64,000 nt of DNA, taken from Lingula anatina. Lineage: Eukaryota > Animalia > Brachiopoda. A model generated the notes under the pieces. That model saw only the letters and a program-made list of their open reading frames with translations, did not search any database and was not told the origin of the DNA. The stretch covers positions 5,022,001-5,086,000 of the forward strand of contig JBPQGU010000016.1 of the NCBI GenBank assembly GCA_051362555.1, written 5' to 3'. The translations under genes and the position numbers were made by a program. Shown piece after piece: positions 12,686 to 24,775 of the stretch (within the stretch, counting starts at the first letter, position 1; every line of letters starts with the position of its first letter).

Positions 12686-15600
12686 AAATCCTAATATTAG
12701 TACATAAATGTAATTTATTCTAAAATGTGAGGCCTAATAATAAGGAGCTACGGGCAAATTTCTTCAACAATCAGTTTCTTTTTCAAACTGATTGTTTGAC
12801 ACATCATGATAACAACGGAAACCACCAAACTTCAATTAAGATAATTAATTGTATTTATGTAGCAAATGGTTTGTTTTAGTGGTGGTATTAACTTTTTGGT
12901 AATACATCAACGTTTTGTTTATAGGAAATTAGTCTGGTTAGTTAGTAGTAGGTAGTAGGATGGTAGTTTGGGTCTTGTGTCTGCACATTTTTACCTTAAG
13001 TACAGTAGTTGACCAAGGCAAGGTGATAACAGATGTCCCGGGTTAAGGAATTTCTTAGCTGCTGTGTATCTAGGCACACATATTTGCACCCCCACCTTTA
13101 ATAATTACATATTTCTTTATAGGTACCCGCACGAAAATGCAGTAGTATCGAAGTAGCAAAGCGGCGGGAGCATATTTGCAGAATAGCCTACTGCAATTCT
13201 ACTCCAAAAAGTAGGCCTACATAGGTTTGTACAGAGAGGAGCATAAATGCATAATTTTTTAAATTCCCATGACAAAACACCCCGGTGACTCCCTTCGCCA
13301 CATACGTTTTCATGTAATTATTAAACAGAGCAAAAAATCTCCCTATTTCTGTAGAATTATAAATTTTATGAAAGATGTTTTTGGGACTAATTCTATCGAG
13401 CTGCATTCAGTGAGAAGTCATTCAGCTTTGTAGCTGCGGAGATATTGACGGCCGCACTAAAAAATTCCTGCAAAACTGCATGAACAAAATATTTTGGTGA
13501 AACATTTCCTATTCTCATAGACAGCAGACTCACTGACGTAACTACCAATGCCACAAAACTTAAGTGTCAAAAAGTTACTTTTCATACCGCCAGTACTGTA
13601 ATTGAACATATGCATTCTCTTGTTTGTAAACAAACCACTGCACTGCTCACAGTCGTAAGCTCCCTCCGCCAGATGTCCGAAACTGTACAGCACTGAGCCA
13701 GGTCTCGACCAAAAATAAGAAGCAATTTAGGCCCCAACCTGCTACTTGACACCAAATTAACCACTAGCAACACACAAAAAATGTCAGGAAAAAAACTAGA
13801 ACTAGAAACAATCACTAATTTTTCACGCAGAACTTCATTCGTTATAACAGTCCATGATTGGCCAGGTAGGGATGAAAAATTTTTTTTCTTCATTATAGTG
13901 TCAGGTAGGTGTGTTCGGTCATTTGTAGTAAGAATAAAGTGCTGGAAGAGTGGTGGTGTCAACATTAAGGAAGAAATAGAGCAAAAACTCTGTCTCCCCC
14001 CCCCCCTCTCAGATTCTGTTCTCAGAGCTTATTTTTGGATCATCTTTAAAGCTAGAATTGGGGGCCTTGATGAAGTGACCCGGGCGCGTTTCCACATTTT
14101 TTATGAATGACAGGTGTGGTAGATTGATTTTCGTCACTTTTTGGAAAAATCGGAGACGGGTCGATTTTTGGTGATTTTGAGTGATTTTGAACAGTGCCGG
14201 CACTGTGAGATTTCTTCAATTTTGGCCAGGTAGGGATGAAAATTTTTTTTCTTCATTATAGTGTCAGGTAGGTGTGTTCGGTCATTTGTAGTAAGAATAA
14301 AGTGCTGGAAGAGTGGTGGTGTCAACATTAAGGAAGAAATAGAGCAAAAACTCTGTCTCCCCCCACCCCAGATTCTGTTCTCAGAGCTTATTTTTGGATC
14401 ATCTTTAAAGCTAGAATTGGGGGCCTTGATGAAGTGACCCGGGCGCGTTTCCACATTTTTTATGAATGACAGGTGTGGTAGATTGATTTTCTTCACTTTT
14501 TGGAAAAATCGGAGACGGGTCGATTTTTGGTGATTTTGAGTGATTTTGAACAGTGCCGGCACTGTGAGATTTCTTCAATTTTGGCCAGGTAGGGATGAAA
14601 ATTTTTTTTCTTCATTATAGTGTCAGGTAGGTGTTTTCGGTCATTTGTAGTAAGAATAAAGTGCTGGAAGAGTGGTGGTGTCAACATTAAGGAAGAAATA
14701 GAGCAAAAACTCTGTCTCCTCCCCCCCCCCCCCTCTTAGATTCTGTTCTCAGAGCTTATTTTTGGATCATCTTTAAAGCTAGAATTGGGGGCCTTGATGA
14801 AGTGACCCGGGCGCGTTTCCACATTTTTTATGAATGACAGGTGTGGTAGATTGATTTTCGTCACTTCTTGGAAAAATCGGAGACGGGTCGATTTTTGGTG
14901 ATTTTGAGTGATTTTGAACAGTGCCGGCACTGTGAGATTTCTTCAATTTTGGCCAGGTAGGGATGAAAATTTTTTTTCTTCATTATAGTGTCAGGTAGGT
15001 GTGTTCGGTCATTTGTAGTAAGAATAAAGTGCTGGAAGAGTGGTGGTGTCAACATTAAGGAAGAAATAGAGCAAAAACTCTGTCTCCCCCCCCCCCCCCT
15101 CTTAGATTCTGTTCTCAGAGCTTATTTTTGGATCATCTTTAAAGCTAGAATTGGGGGCCTTGATGAAGTGACCCGGGCGCGTTTCCACATTTTTTATGAA
15201 TGACAGGTGTGGTAGATTGATTTTCGTCACTTTTTGGAAAAATCGGAGACGGGTCGATTTTTGGTGATTTTGAGTGATTTTGAACAGTGCCGGCACTGTG
15301 AGATTTCTTCAATTTTGGCCAGGTAGGGATGAAAAATTTTTTTCTTCATTATAGTGTCAGGTAGGTGTGTTCGGTCATTTGTAGTAAGAATAAAGTGCTG
15401 GAAGAGTGGTGGTGTCAACATTAAGGAAGAAATAGAGCAAAAACTCTGTCTCCCCCCCCCCCCCCCCTCTTAGATTCTGTTCTCAGAGCTTATTTTTGGA
15501 TCATCTTTAAAGCTAGAATTGGGGGCCTTGATGAAGTGACCCGGGCGCGTTTCCACATTTTTTATGAATGACAGGTGTGGTAGATTGATTTTCGTCACTT

Positions 15601-18600
15601 TTTGGAAAAATCGGAGACGGGTCGATTTTTGGTGATTTTGAGTGATTTTGAACAGTGCCGGCACTGTGAGATTTCTTCAATTTTGGCCAGGTAGGGATGA
15701 AAATTTTTTTTCTTCATTATAGTGTCAGGTAGGTGTGTTCGGTCATTTGTAGTAAGAATAAAATGCTGGAAGAGTGGTGGTGTCAACATTAAGGAAGAAA
15801 TAGAGCAAAAACTCTGTCTCCCCCCCCCCCCCTCTCAGATTCTGTTCTCAGAGCTTATTTTTGGATCATCTTTAAAGCTAGAATTGGGGGCCTTGATGAA
15901 GTGACCCGGGCACGTTTCCACATTTTTTATGAATGACAGGTGTGGTAGATTGATTTTCATCACTTTTTGGAAAAATCGGAGACGAGTCGATTTTTGGTGA
16001 TTTTGAGTGATTTTGAACAGTGCCGGCACTGTGAGATTTCTTCAATTTTGGCCAGGTAGGGATGAAAATTTTTTTTCTTCATTATAGTGTCAGGTAGGTG
16101 TGTTCGGTCATTTGTAGTAAGAATAAAGTGCTGGAAGAGTGGTGGTGTCAACATTAAGGAAGAAATAGAGCAAAAACTCTGTCTCCCCCCCCCCCTCTTA
16201 GATTCTGTTCTCAGAGCTTATTTTTGGATCATCTTTAAAGCTAGAATTGGGGGCCTTGATGAAGTGACCCGGGCGCGTTTCCACATTTTTTATGAATGAT
16301 AGGTGTGGTAGATTGATTTTCGTCACTTTTTGGAAAAATCGGAGACGGGTCGATTTTTGGTGATTTTGAGTGATTTTGAACAGTGCCGGCACTGTGAGAT
16401 TTCTTCAATTTTGGCCAGGTAGGGATGAAAATTTTTTTTCTTCATTATAGTGTCAGGTAGGTGTGTTCGGTCATTTGTAGTAAGAATAAAGTGCTGGAAG
16501 AGTGGTGGTGTCAACATTAAGGAAGAAATAGAGCAAAAACTCTGTCTCCCCCCACCCCAGATTCTGTTCTCAGAGCTTATTTTTGGATCATCTTTAAAGC
16601 TAGAATTGGGGGCCTTGATGAAGTGACCCGGGCGCGTTTCCACATTTTTTATGAATGACAGGTGTGGTAGATTGATTTTCTTCACTTTTTGGAAAAATCG
16701 GAGACGGGTCGATTTTTGGTGATTTTGAGTGATTTTGAACAGTGCCGGCACTGTGAGATTTCTTCAATTTTGGCCAGGTAGGGATGAAAATTTTTTTTCT
16801 TCATTATAGTGTCAGGTAGGTGTGTTCGGTCATTTGTAGTAAGAATAAAGTGCTGGAAGAGTGGTGGTGTCAACATTAAGGAAGAAATAGAGCAAAAACT
16901 CTGTCTCCCCCCCCCCCCCCCCCCCCTCTTAGATTCTGTTCTCAGAGCTTATTTTTGGATCATCTTTAAAGCTAGAATTGGGGGCCTTGATGAAGTGACC
17001 CGGGCGCGTTTCCACATTTTTTATGAATGACAGGTGTGGTAGATTGATTTTCGTCACTTTTTGGAAAAATCGGAGACGGGTCGATTTTTGGTGATTTTGA
17101 GTGATTTTGAACAGTGCCGGCACTGTGAGATTTCTTCAATTTTGGCCAGGTAGGGATGAAAATTTTTTTTCTTCATTATAGTGTCAGGTAGGTGTGTTCG
17201 GTCATTTGTAGTAAGAATAAAATGCTGGAAGAGTGGTGGTGTCAACATTAAGGAAGAAATAGAGCAAAAACTCTGTCTCCCCCCCCCCCCCCTCTCAGAT
17301 TCTGTTCTCAGAGCTTATTTTTGGATCATCTTTAAAGCTAGAATTGGGGGCCTTGATGAAGTGACCCGGGCACGTTTCCACATTTTTTATGAATGACAGG
17401 TGTGGTAGATTGATTTTCATCACTTTTTGGAAAAATCGGAGACGAGTCAATTTTTGGTGATTTTGAGTGATTTTGAACAGTGCCGGCACTGTGAGATTTC
17501 TTCAATTTTGGCCAGGTAGGGATGAAAATTTTTTTTCTTCATTATAGTGTCAGGTAGGTGTGTTCGGTCATTTGTAGTAAGAATAAAATGCTGGAAGAGT
17601 GGTGGTGTCAACATTAAGGAAGAAATAGAGCAAAAACTCTGTCTCCCCCCACCCCAGATTCTGTTCTCAGAGCTTATTTTTGGATCATCTTTAAAGCTAG
17701 AATTGGGGGCCTTGATGAAGTGACCCGGGCGCGTTTCCACATTTTTTATGAATGACAGGTGTGGTAGATTGATTTTCTTCACTTTTTGGAAAAATCGGAG
17801 ACGGGTCGATTTTTGGTGATTTTGAGTGATTTTGAACAGTGCCGGCACTGTGAGATTTCTTCAATTTTGGCCAGGTAGGGATGAAAATTTTTTTTCTTCA
17901 TTATAGTGTCAGGTAGGTGTGTTCGGTCATTTGTAGTAAGAATAAAGTGCTGGAAGAGTGGTGGTGTCAACATTAAGGAAGAAATAGAGCAAAAACTCTG
18001 TCTCCCCCCCCCCCCCCCCTCTTAGATTCTGTTCTCAGAGCTTATTTTTGGATCATCTTTAAAGCTAGAATTGGGGGCCTTGATGAAGTGACCCGGGCGC
18101 GTTTCCACATTTTTTATGAATGACAGGTGTGGTAGATTGATTTTCGTCACTTTTTGGAAAAATCGGAGACGGGTCGATTTTTGGTGATTTTGAGTGATTT
18201 TGAACAGTGCCGGCACTGTGAGATTTCTTCAATTTTGGCCAGGTAGGGATGAAAATTTTTTTTCTTCATTATAGTGTCAGGTAGGTGTGTTCGGTCATTT
18301 GTAGTAAGAATAAAATGCTGGAAGAGTGGTGGTGTCAACATTAAGGAAGAAATAGAGCAAAAACTCTGTCTCCCCCCCCCCCCTCTCAGATTCTGTTCTC
18401 AGAGCTTATTTTTGGATCATCTTTAAAGCTAGAATTGGGGGCCTTGATGAAGTGACCCGGGCACGTTTCCACATTTTTTATGAATGACAGGTGTGGTAGA
18501 TTGATTTTCATCACTTTTTGGAAAAATCGGAGACGAGTCGATTTTTGGTGATTTTGAGTGATTTTGAACAGTGCCGGCACTGTGAGATTTCTTCAATTTT

Positions 18601-21600
18601 GGCCAGGTAGGGATGAAAATTTTTTTTCTTCATTATAGTGTCAGGTAGGTGTGTTCGGTCATTTGTAGTAAGAATAAAGTGCTGGAAGAGTGGTGGTGTC
18701 AACATTAAGGAAGAAATAGAGCAAAAACTCTGTCTCCTCCCCCCCCCCCCCCCCCTCTTAGATTCTGTTCTCAGAGCTTATTTTTGGATCATCTTTAAAG
18801 CTAGAATTGGGGGCCTTGATGAAGTGACCCGGGCGCGTTTCCACATTTTTTATGAATGACAGGTGTGGTAGATTGATTTTCGTCACTTCTTGGAAAAATC
18901 GGAGACGGGTCGATTTTTGGTGATTTTGAGTGATTTTGAACAGTGCCGGCACTGTGAGATTTCTTCAATTTTGGCCAGGTAGGGATGAAAATTTTTTTTC
19001 TTCATTATAGTGTCAGGTAGGTGTGTTCGGTCATTTGTAGTAAGAATAAAGTGCTGGAAGAGTGGTGGTGTCAACATTAAGGAAGAAATAGAGCAAAAAC
19101 TCTGTCTCCCCCCCCCCCCCCCCTCTTAGATTCTGTTCTCAGAGCTTATTTTTGGATCATCTTTAAAGCTAGAATTGGGGGCCTTGATGAAGTGACCCGG
19201 GCGCATTTCCACATTTTTTATGAATGACAGGTGTGGTAGATTGATTTTCGTCACTTCTTGGAAAAATCGGAGACGGGTCGATTTTTGGTGATTTTGAGTG
19301 ATTTTGAACAGTGCCGGCACTGTGAGATTTCTTCAATTTTGGCCAGGTAGGGATGAAAATTTTTTTTCTTCATTATAGTGTCAGGTAGGTGTGTTCGGTC
19401 ATTTGTAGTAAGAATAAAGTGCTGGAAGAGTGGTGGTGTCAACATTAAGGAAGAAATAGAGCAAAAACTCTGTCTCCCCCCCCCCCCCTCTTAGATTCTG
19501 TTCTCAGAGCTTATTTTTGGATCATCTTTAAAGCTAGAATTGGGGGCCTTGATGAAGTGACCCGGGCGCGTTTCCACATTTTTTATGAATGACAGGTGTG
19601 GTAGATTGATTTTCGTCACTTTTTGGAAAAATCGGAGACGGGTCGATTTTTGGTGATTTTGAGTGATTTTGAACAGTGCCGGCACTGTGAGATTTCTTCA
19701 ATTTTGGCCAGGTAGGGATGAAAAATTTTTTTCTTCATTATAGTGTCAGGTAGGTGTGTTCGGTCATTTGTAGTAAGAATAAAGTGCTGGAAGAGTGGTG
19801 GTGTCAACATTAAGGAAGAAATAGAGCAAAAACTCTGTTTCCCCCCCCCTCTCAGATTCTGTTCTCAGAGCTTATTTTTGGATCATCTTTAAAGCTAGAA
19901 TTGGGGGCCTTGATGAAGTGACCCGGGCGCGTTTCCACATTTTTTATGAATGACAGGTGTGGTAGATTGATTTTCGTCACTTTTTGGAAAAATCGGAGAC
20001 GGATCGATTTTTGGTGATTTTGAGTGATTTTGAACAGTGCCGGCACTGTGAGATTTCTTCAATTTTGGCCAGGTAGGGATGTAAATTTTTTTTCTTCATT
20101 ATAGTGTCAGGTAGGTGTGTTCGGTCATTTGTAGTAAGAATAAAGTGCTGGAAGAGTGGTGGTGTCAACATTAAGGAAGAAATAGAGCAAAAACTCTGTC
20201 TCCCCCCACCCCCCCCCCCTCTCAGATTCTGTTCTCAGAGCTTATTTTTGGATCATCTTTAAAGCTAGAATTGGGGGCCTTGATGAAGTGACCCGGGCGC
20301 GTTTCCACATTTTTTATGAATGACAGGTGTGGTAGATTGATTTTCGTCACTTTTTGGAAAAATCGGAGACGGATTGATTTTTGGTGATTTTGAGTGATTT
20401 TGAACAGTGCCAGCACTGTGAGATTTCTTCAATTTTGGCCAGGTAGGGATGAAAATTTTTTTTCTTCATTATAGTGTCAGGTAGGTGTGTTCGGTCATTT
20501 GTAGTAAGAATAAAGTGCTGGAAGAATGGTGGTGTCAACATTAAGGAAGAAATAGAGCAAAAACTCTGTCTCCCCCCCCCCCCCCCCCCTCTCAGATTCT
20601 GTTCTCAGAGCTTATTTTTGGATCATCTTTAAAGCTAGAATTGGGGGCCTTGATGAAGTGACCCGGGCGCGTTTCCACATTTTTTATGAATGACAGGTGT
20701 GGTAGATTGATTTTCGTCACTTTTTGGAAAAATCGGAGACGGATTGATTTTTGGTGATTTTGAGTGATTTTGAACAGTGCCAGCACTGTGAGATTTCTTC
20801 AATTTTGGCCAGGTAGGGATGAAAATTTTTTTTCTTCATTATAGTGTCAGGTAGGTGTGTTCGGTCATTTGTAGTAAGAATAAAGTGCTGGAAGAGTGGT
20901 GGTGTCAACATTAAGGAAGAAATAGAGCAAAAACTCTGTCTCCCCCCCCCCCTCTCAGATTCTGTTCTCAGAGCTTATTTTTGGATCATCTTTAAAGCTA
21001 GAATTGGGGGCCTTGATGAAGTGACCCGGGCGCGTTTCCACATTTTTAATGAATGACAGGTGTGGTAGATTGATTTTCGTCACTTTTTGGAAAAATCGGA
21101 GACGGATCGATTTTTGGTGATTTTGAGTGATTTTGAACAGTGCCGGCACTGTGAGATTTCTTCAATTTTGGCCAGGTAGGGATGAAAATTTTTTTTCTTC
21201 ATTATAGTGTCAGGTAGGTGTGTTCGGTCATTTGTAGTAAGAATAAAGTGCTGGAAGAGTGGTGGTGTCAACATTAAGGAAGAAATAGAGCAAAAACTCT
21301 GTCTCCCCCCCCCCCTCTCAGATTCTGTTCTCAGAGCTTATTTTTGGATCATCTTTAAAGCTAGAATTGGGGGCCTTGATGAAGTGACCCAGGCGCGTTT
21401 CCACATTTTTTATGAATGACAGGTGTGGTAGATTGATTTTTGTCACTTTTTGGAAAAATCGGAGACGGGTCGATTTTTGGTGATTTTGAGTGATTTTGAA
21501 CAGTGCCGGCACTGTGAGATTTCTTCAATTTTGGCCAGGTAGGGATGAAAATTTTTTTTCTTCATTATAGTGTCAGGTAGGTGTGTTCGGTCATTTGTAG

Positions 21601-23686
21601 TAAGAATAAAGTGCTGGAAGAGTGGTGGTGTCAACATTAAGGAAGAAATAGAGCAAAAACTCTGTCTCCCCCCCCCCTCTCAGATTCTGTTCTCAGAGCT
21701 TATTTTTGGATCATCTTTAAAGCTAGAATTGGGGGCCTTGATGAAGTGACCCGGGCGCGTTTCCACATTTTTTATGAATGACAGGTGTGGTAGATTGATT
21801 TTCGTCACTTTTTGGAAAAATCGGAGACGGGTCGATTTTTGGTGATTTTGAGTGATTTTGAACAGTGCCAGCACTGTGAGATTTCTTCAATTTTGGCCAG
21901 GTAGGGATGAAAATTTTTTTTCTTCATTATAGTGTCAGATAGGTGTGTTCGGTCATTTGTAGTAAGAATAAAGTGCTGGAAGAGTGGTGGTGTCAACATT
22001 AAGGAAGAAATAGAGCAAAAACTCTGTCTCCCCCCCCCCCCTCTCAGATTCTGTTCTCAGAGCTTATTTTTGGATCATCTTTAAAGCTAGAATTGGGGGC
22101 CTTGATGAAGTGACCCGGGCGCGTTTCCACATTTTTTATGAATGACAGGTGTGGTAGATTGATTTTCGTCACTTTTTGGAAAAATCGGAGACGGATTGAT
22201 TTTTGGTGATTTTGAGTGATTTTGAACAGTGCCAGCACTGTGAGATTTCTTCAATTTTGGCCAGGTAGGGATGAAAATTTTTTTTCTTCATTATAGTGTC
22301 AGGTAGGTGTGTTCGGTCATTTGTAGTAAGAATAAAATGCTGGAAGAGTGGTGGTGTCAACATTAAGGAAGAAATAGAGCAAAAACTCTGTCTCCCCCCC
22401 CCCTCTCAGATTCTGTTCTCAGAGCTTATTTTTGGATCATCTTTAAAGCTAGAATTGGGGGCCTTGATGAAGTGACCCGGGCGCGTTTCCACATTTTTTA
22501 TGAATGACAGGTGTGGTAGATTGATTTTCATCACTTTTTGGAAAAATCGGAGACGAGTCGATTTTTGGTGATTTTGAGTGATTTTGAACAGTGCCGGCAC
22601 TGTGAGATTTCTTCAATTTTGGCCAGGTAGGGATGAAAATTTTTTTTCTTCATTATAGTGTCAGGTAGGTGTGTTCGGTCATTTGTAGTAAGAATAAAGT
22701 GCTGGAAGAGTGGTGGTGTCAACATTAAGGAAGAAATAGAGCAAAAACTCTGTCTCCTCCCCCCCCCCCCCCCCCCCCCCTCTTAGATTCTGTTCTCAGA
22801 GCTTATTTTTGGATCATCTTTAAAGCTAGAATTGGGGGCCTTGATGAAGTGACCCGGGCGCGTTTCCACATTTTTTATGAATGACAGGTGTGGTAGATTG
22901 ATTTTCGTCACTTCTTGGAAAAATCGGAGACGGGTCGATTTTTGGTGATTTTGAGTGATTTTGAACAGTGCCGGCACTGTGAGATTTCTTCAATTTTGGC
23001 CAGGTAGGGATGAAAATTTTTTTTCTTCATTATAGTGTCAGGTAGGCGTGTTCGGTCATTTGTAGTAAGAATAAAGTGCTGGAAGAGTGGTGGTGTCAAC
23101 ATTAAGGAAGAAATAGAGCAAAAACTCTGTCTCCCCCCCCCCCCCCCCCCCTCTTAGATTCTGTTCTCAGAGCTTATTTTTGGATCATCTTTAAAGCTAG
23201 AATTGGGGGCCTTGATGAAGTGACCCGGGCGCGTTTCCACATTTTTTATGAATGACAGGTGTGGTAGATTGATTTTCGTCACTTTTTGGAAAAATCGGAG
23301 ACGGGTCGATTTTTGGTGATTTTGAGTGATTTTGAACAGTGCCGGCACTGTGAGATTTCTTCAATTTTGGCCAGGTAGGGATGAAAATTTTTTTTCTTCA
23401 TTATAGTGTCAGGTAGGTGTGTTCGGTCATTTGTAGTAAGAATAAAATGCTGGAAGAGTGGTGGTGTCAACATTAAGGAAGAAATAGAGCAAAAACTCTG
23501 TCTCCCCCCCCCCCTCTCAGATTCTGTTCTCAGAGCTTATTTTTGGATCATCTTTAAAGGCCTACTGTGCTCTAGGAACACAGAGCGTTCACTGCTTTTT
23601 TTACAGTATAAAAACTATAAATCGACGTCAAAAAATTGTTCTTTTCAAGTTTTAGAGGGAAAAGATGAGATTTAGATGAGAAAATT

Positions 23687-23713
23687 CTGATTGGTCAGTT
23701 TCTAGTGACGTAA
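23687..23713 (+). promoter_or_regulatory. Candidate transposase promoter motifs (inverted CCAAT box and CRE-like TGACGTAA)
   Basis: CTGATTGGTCAG followed by AGTGACGTAAC, about 90-110 bp upstream of the THAP ATG. Motif match only. Confidence 0.35.
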
Positions 23714-23799
23714 CCTGGGTAGTAGCTTCCCACAGCTGTACTAGTAATAGTATATACTATGCAATAGGTGACTAAACATCCAGGTGTCAGAAAAACAAA

Positions 23800-24207
23800 A
23801 TGCCGCAAAGTTGTGTTGCTCCCGGGTGCCGTAATGTAGGTTACGATAAGAAAGACATCTGCTATTATATCCTGCCTGCGGATGCCGCAAAACGTAAAAT
23901 TTGGCTCAATTCTCTGAAGTTAATAAATCCCAGCACAGTGTCAAAACACGCAAGGATCTGTAGCGACCACTTCGAGCCGGAATGCTTCGTACGTGACCTG
24001 TGAACTGAATTGTGCGGTGGAAAAGCACGGAGAAAACTAAAAGATGATGCTGTACCCAGTATATTCGATTTTTCGGAGTACCAAAATGCGACAGTAAATG
24101 CCAGAGCGCTGCCGACGAGAGTCTTACCTGTAGGATGTGTTCATGATGCGGCCGTCGAAAGGAAGAAGAGAGCAGCTTCTAGAGCCCAAAAAAAGTTCGT
24201 AGCAGAG
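23800..24207 (+). pseudogene. THAP zinc-finger exon (N-terminus of a Kolobok transposase) with in-frame TGA at 24001-24003
   Basis: MPQSCVAPGC..P..W..ICSDHF..*..LKDDAVPSIF gives the full C2CH THAP signature plus the AVPTIF-like box. ORFs 23800-24003 and 24010-24237 are in the same frame. A-rich start context (AAACAAAATG) and a candidate splice donor GAG|GTACGT after 24207. Confidence 0.9.
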
Positions 24208-24763
24208 GTACGTTGTCGAATTTTTTGGTTATGTTAGTGAAAACTTTAATATTAACATGATAGTGGAATCAATTTGTTATTTGACATACTGCTGCACTGA
24301 TCACGTGTAAGGCGGAAGTAGCGAGGTAAGTTGCAGAGGTGCGAAATGTAGTGTCCGATGCTATCAGTCCGATATCTTTGGCCTTTTGTCCACTGACCTG
24401 GCTCTCCCGGAATGACACTGGTAAACTGCACGGGTGTGAAAAATAATGTTAGCTGTCACACCTGCATGTATTAGGTAACTTTCTCTTATCAGTCGGGATA
24501 AGAACGTTCAGCCGACGCGACAGATGGGCATGTGTGAAAATCTATTGTTCGCTGCCCTGCTTCCAAACCTTTACTGTTAACATAGTTTTGGTGTATTTTG
24601 TTGGTTAATAAATGATAACCACGTAGGGAATTCATCTTCTTTTGTGTATCTATCCTTCAATTCGTTCTCTGTTCATTTTTACAAAATAGTTCAGACAAAG
24701 CTATCGAGTAAATGTAAGTAAGCGGATAGCTGAATCGAATATGGCTTTCTGAGCCTCGACGCA

Positions 24764-24775
24764 AGTGACGTCACT
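24764..24775. promoter_or_regulatory. 12 bp perfect palindrome containing a full CRE (AGTGACGTCACT) near the element's right end
   Basis: Seen directly, ~165 bp from the right TIR, mirroring the CRE-like motif ~150 bp from the left TIR. Function is inferred. Confidence 0.35.

Noticed and set aside
13085-13101. TTAAAGGTGGGGGTGC (minus strand) as the 5' terminus of the island's Kolobok copy
   Set aside because: No partner TIR was found in the island, and such short motifs arise by chance in AT-rich DNA.
24001-24003. Selenocysteine or programmed readthrough at the THAP TGA
   Set aside because: The position is not a conserved Cys and no SECIS was identified. A nonsense mutation in a defective transposon is simpler.
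24240-24760. Second Kolobok gene (KolX) on the minus strand
   Set aside because: Manual translation gave only short open stretches without a recognisable cysteine-rich KolX motif.
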